Positions 32,675 through 43,181 of a stretch of 64,000 nucleotides of DNA are shown here, piece by piece; the first letter of the stretch is position 1, and each line of letters opens with the position of its first letter. Under the pieces are notes generated by a model, which was not told the DNA's origin, ran no database searches, and saw nothing but the letters and a program-made list of their open reading frames with translations. The stretch lies in assembly GCA_000092065.1 (NCBI GenBank), contig CP000581.1, one strand, 5' to 3'. The DNA is from Ostreococcus lucimarinus. Lineage: Eukaryota. The position numbers and the translations under genes were made by a program.

Positions 32675-34443
32675 ACGTGCGCGCTCTCGACGGTAGCTAT
32701 GTGTGTGGTTTTGTAAGTCCTCGGTGGCGTACGCGGTACGTCGGCACAAATCGTTCGAATCACGCCGACGCCTTTCGTTCGTCCTTCGCGGAAAATGATG
32801 CGCGTCCCTTCGCACAAAAATTCAGGCCTGTGGCACCACTCGAATGTCACCATGGCTCGATCGCCCATGCGTAACAAGTCTTTGCCTTCGATTGCGCTGA
32901 TACGCGCCGCTTGTCGCACGGTGAGAGCGTGTAGCACTGGCGAATAGTTCACCCGAAGCGTGGTCGGGTGCGCCAAGATGATGACTTCTGCCTTGAATAC
33001 CCACGTAGCTTTCGGCTGAACGCTCGCGTCGCACAAAACCATGCCTTTACGAATTTCTTCCTTATGGATGTGCCCTTTCTTCGGCTTAATGGCGAAGCTT
33101 GCCGTGTTCCCTTGACCGACTGCTTCGACCGCCACACGCTTATTTTGGATGCTCTTTACCTGCACTGGCGTGAATGCGCCGCGGCCATCAGGCCCGAGTA
33201 ACATCGACGCGTGCGTCGTAATTTTTCCGCTCACGACGAGACCGCTCACCACCGTGCCGATACCTTGCACACTGAAAGATTCATCCAAGTGCACAAGCGC
33301 GCGGTCGCCTTCAAGCGGCTTGAATGTCCGCCTGCTTGGAATGTGATTCAAGAACATCCTTATCAGATCGAGTCCTAGTCCCGTGACGCACGACGCCTGA
33401 AATATCGGCGTGATCACGCCGCCGGCGATGTTCTTTACAGATGTCATGACATCGATGTCATCGCGCACGAGGATGGGCGTTTTATGTACGCCCGGGCGCT
33501 TGAGCATCTTCATAAGAGCGTCTAGCGTCGCCACTCTGTTCTCTTCGCTCGCCATGTCAACCTTGGTGACGATGACGAAAAAAGGTACCTTCAAGCCGAG
33601 CATAATTGATAAATGCTCCCGCGTCATGCCTATGATTCCGCCTCTGTTCGCGTCTACGCACATGAGCGCGAAATCAGGCAGCGACCCAGCGATGCCATGC
33701 ATCGTCGTTCGTAAGTACTTTTCGTGCCCGCACAAGTCGCTAAAATGCACGACTTTCGACGACGCCGCGCAGATTTGCTCCCACCTCAACTGATGTGCCT
33801 CTCGTACGTCTGGGTTGGAGTAGTTGATTATATTTCCTTTCGCATCGAATCCCATAATTTGCGACGAGATCGAACTCGTCCTTCCGCTCTCGAGCTCGTG
33901 TTTATGTCGAAACACGCCCCCGCGCGCCAGTCCTCGACCGTTATCCAAACCACCTTTTGTGAGCACGCCCAAAACCGTTGATTTCCCGGAATCCACATTT
34001 CCCAACGTCGTTATTCTGATCTCTTTGTGTTCGCTCGAGCACGGGCGTCGACGCACCAAAAACGTCGCGATTCGCTTTCCCGTCTTCGTCCGCCGTTCGC
34101 ACACCACCGACACATCGCACTCGATAGCCTCTGCCATTCGTTTCAACGTCGCCACGCTCTCCTCCATCTCGCATTCGCTCAATCCGAACACCGTCCCGTC
34201 GTCGTCCACTCCTAAATCGTACAACGCCTCGCCCGCGCCCTCCGCGAGGCAGCGCCAGTGGAGCTGCGTCACGAGTTCCTCGAATCGCTCGGGGGCGACG
34301 TCCACCAAACGCCGCTTGTACTCGCGATTTCCATCGTCGCGCTCGGGTTCGAGCGCGCGCGCGAGCTGATCGAACCCGAACGCGTCCGTCGGCGAGCTCG
34401 ACGATTTTTTGGCGGCCGCGGTCGCTGACGCGGCATCCGTCAT
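32659..34443 (-). CDS. GTPBP1: GTP-binding protein 1 (GTPBP1/GTPBP2 family translational GTPase).
   Basis: NREYKRRLVD, G1 GNVDSGKST, G3 DLCGHEKY, G4 TKVD, followed by EF-Tu-like beta-barrel domains. Overall collinearity with GTPBP1. Confidence 0.8.
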   Translation of the reverse strand: MTDAASATAAAKKSSSSPTDAFGFDQLARALEPERDDGNREYKRRLVDVAPERFEELVTQLHWRCLAEGAGEALYDLGVDDDGTVFGLSECEMEESVATLKRMAEAIECDVSVVCERRTKTGKRIATFLVRRRPCSSEHKEIRITTLGNVDSGKSTVLGVLTKGGLDNGRGLARGGVFRHKHELESGRTSSISSQIMGFDAKGNIINYSNPDVREAHQLRWEQICAASSKVVHFSDLCGHEKYLRTTMHGIAGSLPDFALMCVDANRGGIIGMTREHLSIMLGLKVPFFVIVTKVDMASEENRVATLDALMKMLKRPGVHKTPILVRDDIDVMTSVKNIAGGVITPIFQASCVTGLGLDLIRMFLNHIPSRRTFKPLEGDRALVHLDESFSVQGIGTVVSGLVVSGKITTHASMLLGPDGRGAFTPVQVKSIQNKRVAVEAVGQGNTASFAIKPKKGHIHKEEIRKGMVLCDASVQPKATWVFKAEVIILAHPTTLRVNYSPVLHALTVRQAARISAIEGKDLLRMGDRAMVTFEWCHRPEFLCEGTRIIFREGRTKGVGVIRTICADVPRTPPRTYKTTHIATVESAHVAEAR

Positions 34444-34620
34444 GAATGTCGCCGGCGCGTCGCGCGCGCGCGGTTCGCGCGGTCCGCGACGCGCGCGCGC
34501 GGTTCGCGCGTGATTTAGTCGCGCGAGCGCGAGAACGACGCGGGCGGGCGTCGAGAAGTGCGGGACGTCGTGGTTGCTGAATCGAAGCGAGTTGGTTACA
34601 ACCGTCTGACCGTGCCGCCG

Positions 34621-37600
34621 TCACGAGACGGAGACCGAGGTCATGTTCCACTCTAAGATGTCGACGGCTTGCCAGAGATCTCCCGTGGCGGCGGTGAAGC
34701 CGACCCACGCGCTGCCGCTCGTGGCGGAGTCGCGCAAGATGCTCTCGATGTTGAAAGGGACGCTCATCAGCGGTGAGGACATGTCGTCGAGGTAGACGGA
34801 GACGACTCCGAGGGAGTCGGCGGTGTGCGCGCTGAGGGCGGTGGACAAACCGGTGATTTCACCGGACTCGATGGCGAAAAACATCTCCTCAGAGGTGATG
34901 TTGGGCTTGTACGTGATGAAGACTTCGTGAATCTGACCGTCGGTGATGCTCGTCGTGGGCACGGAACCGTCAAGAGCGACGGTCGCGAGGCTCGCCGCCG
35001 AATGCGCCGTGTTTGGGGATTTACCGCGAGTGTGAATCGCGACGTGACTCTCACGTGGTTCGTTATATGCTGCGGTGAACACGGTGTCGAACTCGAACGC
35101 AATCGAATTGGTGATGCCACCGTATCCCAATCCGGGACCATCGAACCCGATGTCTGTCGCTCCCGGCGCCGAAGCGCTATCGTCGCGAATGACAAACGCA
35201 AAGCCGTCGCCGCCCGAAGTCGTACACTTTTCATAGAGCTTAGTGTGTAAAGACTGCACGAACGCACCGCTGACGCTCTCGGCGTAGTCACATGTGACTG
35301 TCGGTTGCGTGATCATGAACTTGAAGGTCACGTTGAATCCTTGCGCGACTTGCTGTTGCTGTGGATACCACACCGCGCCGCTCGCGTTTCGCACGGGATC
35401 GATGACCCGTAGTGCTTTGTAGTCGCACGCCCCGAGCTCGTCGGTTTCTTGGCTCGCCGTACGCGAGAGTCGTGTGCGCAGCGTCCCAAATGAGTCTATA
35501 CGTCTTGGTCCGCGAGCAGCATTTTGCGTGGTCGTCGTTTTCTGCCCAAAGTCTTGCGTCCACCAACCACCCGTAACGCGCCACGAGCCGCTCGCCCAGC
35601 TCCGCTCCATCTTTGAACTTTTCTTTTCCTCGCTCGCTTGCAGCCAAACCCGCTCACATGTTGGAGGTACGGGCTCGGGTTCAGTTCTCCAGTCGGCGAC
35701 GCACGTACACCGCTGATCGGCCCATTCTGCGACGTAGTCCAACACTCTCTCCGAATACGGGTTCCAGTCACGATCGAGACGTGACTGTGCCTCGGTCCAG
35801 TCTTCCGGCATACTCGCGCTCGTGGTGATGATTCCTAAATAGTTCGACCCCGTTTTCTTGCCGTGCAGTCTATGACCAGCCCGATACGTCGCCCCCGTGC
35901 AAAACGGATAAATAACACCGACGAATTCCGGTTTCACTTGCAACGCTTGATATTCGCTCGTATTCGTCACTCGACTACCAGTGACGACGACTGTGTTCAC
36001 CGTGTTCGGCACGCTCGTGGAGCTGATCACATCCGCTCGTCCGCTCACAAAAATCGACTGCCAAGAATCTAAATATTCTTGCTCGACGGAAGTGTAGCCG
36101 TATTCGACGCTTTCAGTGACATCAATAACTGCAGCGTTAGCAATCTGCGAATCCGGCTCGATGGTGTAGATCGTCTCCGTGTTCGTCGACGATTCGGTGT
36201 ACGTCAAAGATCCTCCTCGGATCTGTTCTTTCGTGAATGGACCGATCACTACACCGCTTGGAAGTTTAACGAGGAAGATTTCTTCGCACGCATTCGCGTT
36301 GGTCTTCCTATCCGTGGCATCCGCCGCTAAACACGAGCCACATGCGTCGAGCGTTTTACCGCTATTCGGCACGCCGTCACAACCGCAACATCCGCCGCCC
36401 CCCGCTGCACACGCGGTGATGAAAGCATCGGGGTCGCTACACCCGCTACCAACCTCGCCAACTTGTACGAGCAGCGTCTTCGCTCCCGAAACGGCGTCGA
36501 TACTATACATTCTTGTGTCGTCAGAGTCGTAGCACGCGTCTTGCACTTTACCGCTCGCGACGATGCCGTCGCAACCGACGCAATCCAAGCCGTTGCTACT
36601 CCCTCCACAAATCCCACACACATCCACCTCAGTCGATCCACCACACACATCGCAATCATCTGGATACAAGCCCTCTAACGGCCCTACCGGAAGCGGCGTC
36701 GCGCTCGTCGCACAACCTAAACAAGACGAAAGCTGCCCCTTGCAAACGCCGCACGCGTCGCGATTGTTTGTCACTTGCGGTAAAGCCGTGAGCTCTGGAT
36801 AGCACATCGTCGTACCTGGAACAGCGGCCTGCGTGGCGACGAGCGCCCATGCATCTTTGAACGCCTGTTCTGCCTGTTCATAGAGCGTCTGCGCCGCAGC
36901 CTTGTGTCTTGGTTCTACCAGCGCGCGAAACGTCGTCATCGTCGCCGCCGCCGCCGCGAACGCCTCTTGCCCTTGCGTCCATAAATTTTCTATCTGCGTG
37001 TGCTCGGCTGGTTTCACACCGTTGGGGTAGTACGATGCGCCGTCGATGCATTCACAACACAAATCTTGCGCGCTCGTCCCGAAAGCCACGCCGGCGCAAT
37101 CGCAGCACCAGCTCCACAGCGACGGATCCGTTCCCGAGCACCCGTTCCCGCCGCACACCCCGCACACGTCCATCACCGCTCCGCTATTCGCGACTCCATC
37201 GCACCCGACGCAGCCACCGAGATGATGATCCGGGACCCCCTCTCGCGAAAACGTCGCGTCCGTCGGCGCTTTACAATTCCCGCACGCGTCCGTCGTCGCG
37301 GCGCCGCCCGTGACGCTCGCGCAGTCCTCGCACGTGGCGTTAAACGTACACGTTATGGACGTATCGCTCTTATCGCACGCCGTCCCGCACGCCCCGCACG
37401 CATCGAACACCTTCCCACTGTTCGTCACGCCATCGCATCCCTGACACGCCGCGCCGTCCCCGCCGCACGTCCCGCACGCGTCCACGACGCGTTCGCGAAA
37501 CGCCGCCGTCCCCGCGTACGTCACCGTCGTCCCCGTCCCCGTCGACGGCATCACGCTGAACGCCCCTCGCGCCGGCACCGCGACGCTCGCGAGCGCGAGC

Positions 37601-37650
37601 ACCCCCCCCACGATCGCCCGCGCCGCCGTCGCCGGTCGTCGCCGTCCCAT
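34621..37650 (-). CDS. Secreted multidomain protein: signal peptide, a run of cysteine-rich CGxCGG-type modules, a central domain of unknown function, and a C-terminal legume-type (L-type) lectin domain.
   Basis: ATG at 37650 (MGRRRPATAARAIVGGVLALASVAVPARG). Repeated DACGTCGGDGAACQGCDGVTNSGKVFDACGACG / GCVGCDGVANSGAVMDVCGVCGGNGC motifs. C-terminus GDGFAFVIRDDSASAPGATDIGFDGPGLGYGGITNSIAFEFDTV...HVAIHT...VFITY...AWVGFTAATGDLWQAVDILEW matches the legume-lectin beta-sandwich motifs. Confidence 0.65.
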   Translation of the reverse strand: MGRRRPATAARAIVGGVLALASVAVPARGAFSVMPSTGTGTTVTYAGTAAFRERVVDACGTCGGDGAACQGCDGVTNSGKVFDACGACGTACDKSDTSITCTFNATCEDCASVTGGAATTDACGNCKAPTDATFSREGVPDHHLGGCVGCDGVANSGAVMDVCGVCGGNGCSGTDPSLWSWCCDCAGVAFGTSAQDLCCECIDGASYYPNGVKPAEHTQIENLWTQGQEAFAAAAATMTTFRALVEPRHKAAAQTLYEQAEQAFKDAWALVATQAAVPGTTMCYPELTALPQVTNNRDACGVCKGQLSSCLGCATSATPLPVGPLEGLYPDDCDVCGGSTEVDVCGICGGSSNGLDCVGCDGIVASGKVQDACYDSDDTRMYSIDAVSGAKTLLVQVGEVGSGCSDPDAFITACAAGGGGCCGCDGVPNSGKTLDACGSCLAADATDRKTNANACEEIFLVKLPSGVVIGPFTKEQIRGGSLTYTESSTNTETIYTIEPDSQIANAAVIDVTESVEYGYTSVEQEYLDSWQSIFVSGRADVISSTSVPNTVNTVVVTGSRVTNTSEYQALQVKPEFVGVIYPFCTGATYRAGHRLHGKKTGSNYLGIITTSASMPEDWTEAQSRLDRDWNPYSERVLDYVAEWADQRCTCVADWRTEPEPVPPTCERVWLQASEEKKSSKMERSWASGSWRVTGGWWTQDFGQKTTTTQNAARGPRRIDSFGTLRTRLSRTASQETDELGACDYKALRVIDPVRNASGAVWYPQQQQVAQGFNVTFKFMITQPTVTCDYAESVSGAFVQSLHTKLYEKCTTSGGDGFAFVIRDDSASAPGATDIGFDGPGLGYGGITNSIAFEFDTVFTAAYNEPRESHVAIHTRGKSPNTAHSAASLATVALDGSVPTTSITDGQIHEVFITYKPNITSEEMFFAIESGEITGLSTALSAHTADSLGVVSVYLDDMSSPLMSVPFNIESILRDSATSGSAWVGFTAATGDLWQAVDILEWNMTSVSVS

Positions 37651-38104
37651 CGCGCGTCGTCGTCGCGTCGCGTCCCAACGACTCGCGCGTTGCGCGCGCG
37701 CCCGCCGCACCGCGACGCGCCCGCGCGCCCGCGGCGCGGTCGTCCGAGCGCGACCGCGCGTCGCGGGCCTCGCGTCGCGATCCGCGGCGTCGCGGCGCCG
37801 GCGCGCGCGCGTCCGCGCGCGCGGGCCGCCCGCGGCGGTCGCGCGGGCGCGACGGCCGCGGGTGTTCGGACATTTCGTAGCTGCACAAACAGTGTGACGA
37901 AAACTACCGATTGCACGCGCCACGCATAGAACGCAAAAAAACCCGATCGAGGTCCGCGCGCGGTGCGTTTTATATCGAGCAAATCTCGCGCGGCGAAGAT
38001 ACGATAACGGCGAAGATACGAGGCGCGACGACGCCCGTCGGCGCGCGGCACACTCGCGCGGGCCCGGCGCGACGCGCGCGCCGCACGCGACGACGACGCG
38101 AACG

Positions 38105-40030
38105 ATGGCGATGGCGCCCGCGCGCGCGGCGACGCGCGGCGCGACGACGATGCGGCGAAACGCGACGCTCGGCGGAGGACGAACGATGGGACGCGCGATG
38201 GTCGTCGCGGGACGCGACGCGGGACGACGACGCGCGGTGGGGACGCGCGCGGTGCAGACGCCGATGAAACCGGCGGAGGAACGCGAGTCCACGGAAGAAG
38301 CGGCGCCGTTCGAGAGGGAGTATAAGGATTACGCGACGGGATACGCGTCGGTGCCGGGGCTGGCGTACGAAAACATGGGTTGGGTGACCGAGGTGGAGGG
38401 CGAGATCCCGAAGGAGATGGTCGGGACGCTGCTGCGCAACGGGCCGGCGATGTACGAGAGAGATGGGTTCGTGAAGAGTTATCTCGATGGGGACGGTATG
38501 GTGACGTCGATCGCGATCAAGGATGGGAAGGCGTACTTTCGGAACAAGTTCGTGCGCACGGAGCACTTCGATAAGGAGGAGGAACTCGGGAAGTATACCG
38601 AACCGAGCATCTTCACCGCGAGCGATCCGAGAAAGCCTGCGTTCTTTTATAGATTGTTTAACGATATTTTGGGGGGGGATCTCTCGCGTAAGCAAAACGG
38701 GGCGTACAACGTGTTGAACTGGGGCGATTCGCTCGTCGCCGTGGATTACAAAAAACCGTACGCGTTGAACCCGGATACTTTGGAAACTATCGGTCACGGT
38801 GCGTGCGATTTGTCTTCCGTCATGCACACGTCTCACTACCGCACTGTCACCGAGCCCGATGGTAGCCGTCGTTGCGTGGCGTTCTTGAATGAAGTCGACT
38901 GGCGCGCCAACGCTGGCGTCGGGACTACGAAAGCCGTCTTCTATGAGTTTGACGAACAAGGCAAGGAAGTGTCTCGTCGTGCGTACGACTACCCGGCTTC
39001 ATACGTGCACGATTTGGTCGTCACCGAAAACTACTACATCTTGTTCGATTGCCCGATCAAGATAGATTTCCCGGCCGTCTTCACAAAGTACATCTTTGAA
39101 AGATCGTGCTTGTCCGAGCTCATCTGCGAAGACACCGAACGACGCCCATTATTCCGTATTTTCCCGCGCCGTGGTGATTCGAGAGAAGTTCAAACCGCTC
39201 CGGCCGATTATTGGTGCTACGCCTACCACCATGTGAACGGTTTTGAAGATAAGGATGGCAACGTCGTCTTCGACACGTGTACTTGGGATAAGTTCACGTT
39301 GTACTTTACCGATATTTGCAACCCGAACGGTAAGGACAACTACCCGCGTATGAAGTTGAGCCGATTCTTGATTGATATGAAGAAGCTCGAAGCCAAGCAC
39401 ACTGAGTTAAGCGACGTTCCGTGCGAGCTCCCGATTACTAGCTGGGACTACACTGGGGCGCCGTATGAGCACATGTACCTCAGCACCTCCGTCGGTCGAA
39501 CCGCAGAAGGTGTCAACGGCCCGATGCAGGCGCTCACCAAGGCGTCGCTCAAATCTGATGGTGATAAGCTCTACTACGAGGAACAGTGGGTGCCGGGTGA
39601 CAGAAAGTTCGCCATGGAGCCCTTCTTCGTGCCACGGCCTGGAGGCACGGCGGAGGACGATGGTTGGGTCGTCGCGCTCGTCCACGATGCTGCGTACGAT
39701 AAGAGTACGTTCGGTGGTCGTGGTACCGAGATGGTGATCATTGATGCTCAAAAGTTCTCCGAAGGTCCGGTCGCGCGACTTCGCTTGCCCACGTACGTGC
39801 CGTTCGGCGTGCACGGTTCGTGGAGCCCGAAGTACGTCGCGGGTCCGCCCAAGGAAGACGAGCTTGCGAGATTAGCTGAGATGCGCGCGAGAAACGACGG
39901 CAAGGCCATCAGTCTCGGCGCGAGTGCGGCAGAACCGGTGATTCACAACACGCCGACGCCGCAGGCGATCGGTCTGACCGTCGCCGGTATCGCCCTCGGC
40001 ATCACCGCGTTCAGCACGATTCTTCAATAA
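38105..40030 (+). CDS. CCD: Carotenoid cleavage dioxygenase (RPE65/CCD family) with a transit-peptide-like N-terminus and a C-terminal extension ending in a hydrophobic segment.
   Basis: HDLVVTENYYILFDCP, WCYAYHHVNGFED, EPFFVPRPGG. The conserved His positions are spaced as in CCDs. The C-terminal tail AIGLTVAGIALGITAFSTIL looks like a membrane anchor. Confidence 0.85.
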   Translation: MAMAPARAATRGATTMRRNATLGGGRTMGRAMVVAGRDAGRRRAVGTRAVQTPMKPAEERESTEEAAPFEREYKDYATGYASVPGLAYENMGWVTEVEGEIPKEMVGTLLRNGPAMYERDGFVKSYLDGDGMVTSIAIKDGKAYFRNKFVRTEHFDKEEELGKYTEPSIFTASDPRKPAFFYRLFNDILGGDLSRKQNGAYNVLNWGDSLVAVDYKKPYALNPDTLETIGHGACDLSSVMHTSHYRTVTEPDGSRRCVAFLNEVDWRANAGVGTTKAVFYEFDEQGKEVSRRAYDYPASYVHDLVVTENYYILFDCPIKIDFPAVFTKYIFERSCLSELICEDTERRPLFRIFPRRGDSREVQTAPADYWCYAYHHVNGFEDKDGNVVFDTCTWDKFTLYFTDICNPNGKDNYPRMKLSRFLIDMKKLEAKHTELSDVPCELPITSWDYTGAPYEHMYLSTSVGRTAEGVNGPMQALTKASLKSDGDKLYYEEQWVPGDRKFAMEPFFVPRPGGTAEDDGWVVALVHDAAYDKSTFGGRGTEMVIIDAQKFSEGPVARLRLPTYVPFGVHGSWSPKYVAGPPKEDELARLAEMRARNDGKAISLGASAAEPVIHNTPTPQAIGLTVAGIALGITAFSTILQ

Positions 40031-40155
40031 GTCGATTCGTGTCGACAAGCAAAAACTTATTACTCGTCGTACCTTAGTAGCAAGCAAGATGCAAACGTAT
40101 ATGTAGAACTATTCAAGAACAAACCATCTAAATCTTTTGTTACAAGAGCGCCACC

Positions 40156-41820
40156 TCATCTACTCCTCGCCTTGAGCAGGTCCTCGTCTGAATCGACAAA
40201 TTTGATATTTGTCTTCAACTCGCTAATGTGTAAATTGGACAACGCGTCCAGTTCGTTCGGTGAATCCGTGAGCGCGCGTTCGACACTGTAACGTTCACAA
40301 AACGTCTCAATGCGATCCCACGCGTTCTGCAATTCGTCATCTGGAACTGTAATCACTAGACGTAAGTATCCGGGCGCGTGAAAGCACGTGCCCGGCAACA
40401 CGAGTACTGATTCCTCCGCAAGCAGGCGCTTGGCGAAGGTGACATCAGTGAAAAACCCATTTGCGTCCTTGAACGCATCACCATTCATTTTCAACAGCAC
40501 ATACATCGCTCCTTGAGGTTCACAAGGAACAGTCAAACCACGAACTCGCGCACAGCGTTCGACGCAGCGCTGGCTTGCGCGACGCAAGACGCCGAGCGTA
40601 GCCTTTAGCCACTCCGTCTCGTTGGCTTTGAAAATTCCCGGAATCGCGGCTTGGATCGGCGTCGGCGGACCTAACGACACCTGACACAAGTTGTTAATCG
40701 CAAGCTGCACGCCTGCAGTCTGTAGAATATGATCGTAGTCGTGAAGGACAAGCCAACCAATGCGCCATCCGGGCGCGAGCCAGCGCTTGCTCAACGCACT
40801 CACCACCATGACGGGAACTCTACCACTAAAAGCTGCGATCGACAGAAACGGCCTGTCTTCATCGAAAGCGACGTCTTCGTACACTTCATCGGCGATGATT
40901 GGCAAGCGCAACTCGTGGCAAGTCTCGCAAATTTCTCGCAGGTGACCTTCACTAAACACCGCGCCGCAAGGATTGCTCGGGTTATTCACGACGATCGCCA
41001 CCGTGTTTTCGTCCCGAAGCCTGCGAACATCGTCAATCTTGACTTCCCATCCATTTTCGTCGTCTAAATCATAAAACTTGTATCCCAAACCGTGCCTATG
41101 ACACAAAGTTTCATACAACGGAAAACCGGGCCTCGGCAGTAAAATGTTTGCTCCCTCCACCGCCATCGCCGCGAACGAGTGTGAGAGCGCCTCGGAGCAA
41201 CCAACTGTCATGAAAACGTCCTCTGTTCTCAACGGTGGACGATCGGGTAACGAATACCGCATCGCCACCGCCGCCCGCGCGGTCGCCGAACCCGCGCTCG
41301 CCGTGTACCCGTTGTGCGCGCTCGTCGAGAACGCCCCAGCCACCTCATCCATCGCCGTCTTCGGCGGCAAAAGGTGTCCAAACACCGTCGGATCTCCTTG
41401 CGCGAGCGATATCAGCCTCTTCTCGGGATTCGCCAACCCGACCATCTCGTCCACGATTCGCCGAATGGGATTACACAGCTCCTTCAGCGCGCTCGCTCGA
41501 ACGTTCCACCCGTCTCTGTGATAGCCATCGACGCTTCGTCGTCGCTCGACCGTCATCGACCGACGTCCCGTGGACGCCTTCCCCTCGAGCTCGTGCGCGC
41601 TGGCGGTCATGACGCTTCGCGCGTTCGCAGCGCTATTTCGGGCGAGCCGCCGGTCGTCGTCGAACGCGACGCCGCGCCGCGCGTTCGGCGCGCGCGTTCG
41701 ATGCGAGCGCGCGGGAAAGCGGTCTACTGCTTTCGCCTCGCGCGTCGTTCGCGTCGCGCGCGGTGGTGCGCGCGCAAGAGGCGCGTTTTGACGGCTGATG
41801 GGCGTAAGGGACGACGTCAC
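40156..41820 (-). CDS. TAT: Tyrosine (nicotianamine-type) aminotransferase, PLP-dependent class I.
   Basis: WNVRASALKELCNPIRRIVDEM, LAQGDPTVFGHL, NPSNPCGAVFSEGHLREI, and SALSKRWLAPGWRIGWLV (PLP-lysine SKR motif). The exact start is uncertain. Confidence 0.75.
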   Translation of the reverse strand: MTSSLTPISRQNAPLARAPPRATRTTREAKAVDRFPARSHRTRAPNARRGVAFDDDRRLARNSAANARSVMTASAHELEGKASTGRRSMTVERRRSVDGYHRDGWNVRASALKELCNPIRRIVDEMVGLANPEKRLISLAQGDPTVFGHLLPPKTAMDEVAGAFSTSAHNGYTASAGSATARAAVAMRYSLPDRPPLRTEDVFMTVGCSEALSHSFAAMAVEGANILLPRPGFPLYETLCHRHGLGYKFYDLDDENGWEVKIDDVRRLRDENTVAIVVNNPSNPCGAVFSEGHLREICETCHELRLPIIADEVYEDVAFDEDRPFLSIAAFSGRVPVMVVSALSKRWLAPGWRIGWLVLHDYDHILQTAGVQLAINNLCQVSLGPPTPIQAAIPGIFKANETEWLKATLGVLRRASQRCVERCARVRGLTVPCEPQGAMYVLLKMNGDAFKDANGFFTDVTFAKRLLAEESVLVLPGTCFHAPGYLRLVITVPDDELQNAWDRIETFCERYSVERALTDSPNELDALSNLHISELKTNIKFVDSDEDLLKARSR

Positions 41821-41933
41821 CTCGATAAGGCGTTCAGGCGTTTGCCTCGAAAACGCCGACCGCGCCTCGAACGTGTACCTAAATGCATCTTCTATGACAC
41901 GCGAGAACTAAATCTAAGAACTAAGATGGAATG

Positions 41934-42896
41934 CTAAAGTTTCGAGCGCGCGCGGATGACGTCGTCACCGCGCGCGGCGTCGAAGAAATCGAGCGCCGAG
42001 CGCGCCACGTCTCGAGGAATTTCCATCGGCGCCAAGTGGCCGTTATCCGGAAATTCAATCAGACGACCGTCGCGCACGGCGGCCGCGATCGCGGGAGCGA
42101 TGACCGCGGAATATATGGGCGACGCCCCGTCGGGCGTCGTCGACCTTCCTCGCGCGATGGCGACCGGGCACGCTATACTTTTCAACTCTCCGAACGCCGT
42201 CGTCTCCTTATCGCCCGCTCGATAGATACCAATCTCTGTCTCCGTCGAGCACGCCAACCGCACGCCGCCATCATCGTCCGGAACAAAACCGCCTTTATTC
42301 ACGTACGCGTCCAGCGCGTCTTCGCTCCAGGCGCTCATCGGCGGCTTGCTCTTATACGCGTTCAACGCCTCGGCCGCGTTCGCGAATCTCGCCCTTCGCC
42401 TCGACGCGCTCTTCACCATGTACGCCGTGCTCGCCATCAGCGGTGATCCCGGCGAGACGTCCAGCGTCGGCACATCGCTCGAAGAAACCACAAAAATCGG
42501 TTCGAACGCGTAAATCGCGCGAAACGTCCCGGGTCTGCGCGCCTCGCACATCAACAACGCGTGTCCGCCGCACGAGTGCCCGAACGCCGCGCATCGGTGC
42601 AACCCGAGCGCGGTGACCACCGCCGCGCAATCGTCCGCGAGCGCACCCCACGTCAGCGCATCGACGCTCACGGCGTCGCTCGCGCCGTGCCCGCGGAAAT
42701 CGAGCGCGTAGCACGCGTAGCCGCGGTCGCAGAGCGCGCGCGCGAGCGGCTCGAAGACACCGCCGTGAAAGCCGTTCGCGTGCGCGAGCACCACCTTGGG
42801 GGCGCGCTCGCGCGCGACGTCGCGCGAGAGCGCGCGCGGGAGGTACTCGCGCACGTGCACGCCCGCGCCGTCGGCGGACGTCACGCGCGACGACAT
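41934..42896 (-). CDS. Alpha/beta hydrolase-fold protein.
   Basis: Oxyanion region VVLAHANGFHGGVFEP. Nucleophile elbow GHSCGG. C-terminal FPDNGHLAPME (catalytic His). Confidence 0.55.
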   Translation of the reverse strand: MSSRVTSADGAGVHVREYLPRALSRDVARERAPKVVLAHANGFHGGVFEPLARALCDRGYACYALDFRGHGASDAVSVDALTWGALADDCAAVVTALGLHRCAAFGHSCGGHALLMCEARRPGTFRAIYAFEPIFVVSSSDVPTLDVSPGSPLMASTAYMVKSASRRRARFANAAEALNAYKSKPPMSAWSEDALDAYVNKGGFVPDDDGGVRLACSTETEIGIYRAGDKETTAFGELKSIACPVAIARGRSTTPDGASPIYSAVIAPAIAAAVRDGRLIEFPDNGHLAPMEIPRDVARSALDFFDAARGDDVIRARSKL

Positions 42897-43181
42897 CTGC
42901 GGCGCCGTGCGGTTGGCGTCACGTATAAAGGCACATAAAACCCCATCATTTCAAGGGGACCGAAGTGGTCGTTTGAAATCGAAGCGCTTCGCGCGCGCGC
43001 CGCACTCACCGACGCGACGCGGTCGTGCTTCGCGCGCGCGCACGCGCTCCCAAACTTCTTTCGCGCGCGTGCGTTCGTCGCGCTCGGCGCGCGAGGCGCG
43101 GGACGCGACGAGACGCGACGAGACGCGTCGTGAAAATTTGAATTCGAGACGCCGCGCGGGACGCCGCGGCTCACGCGCGCG

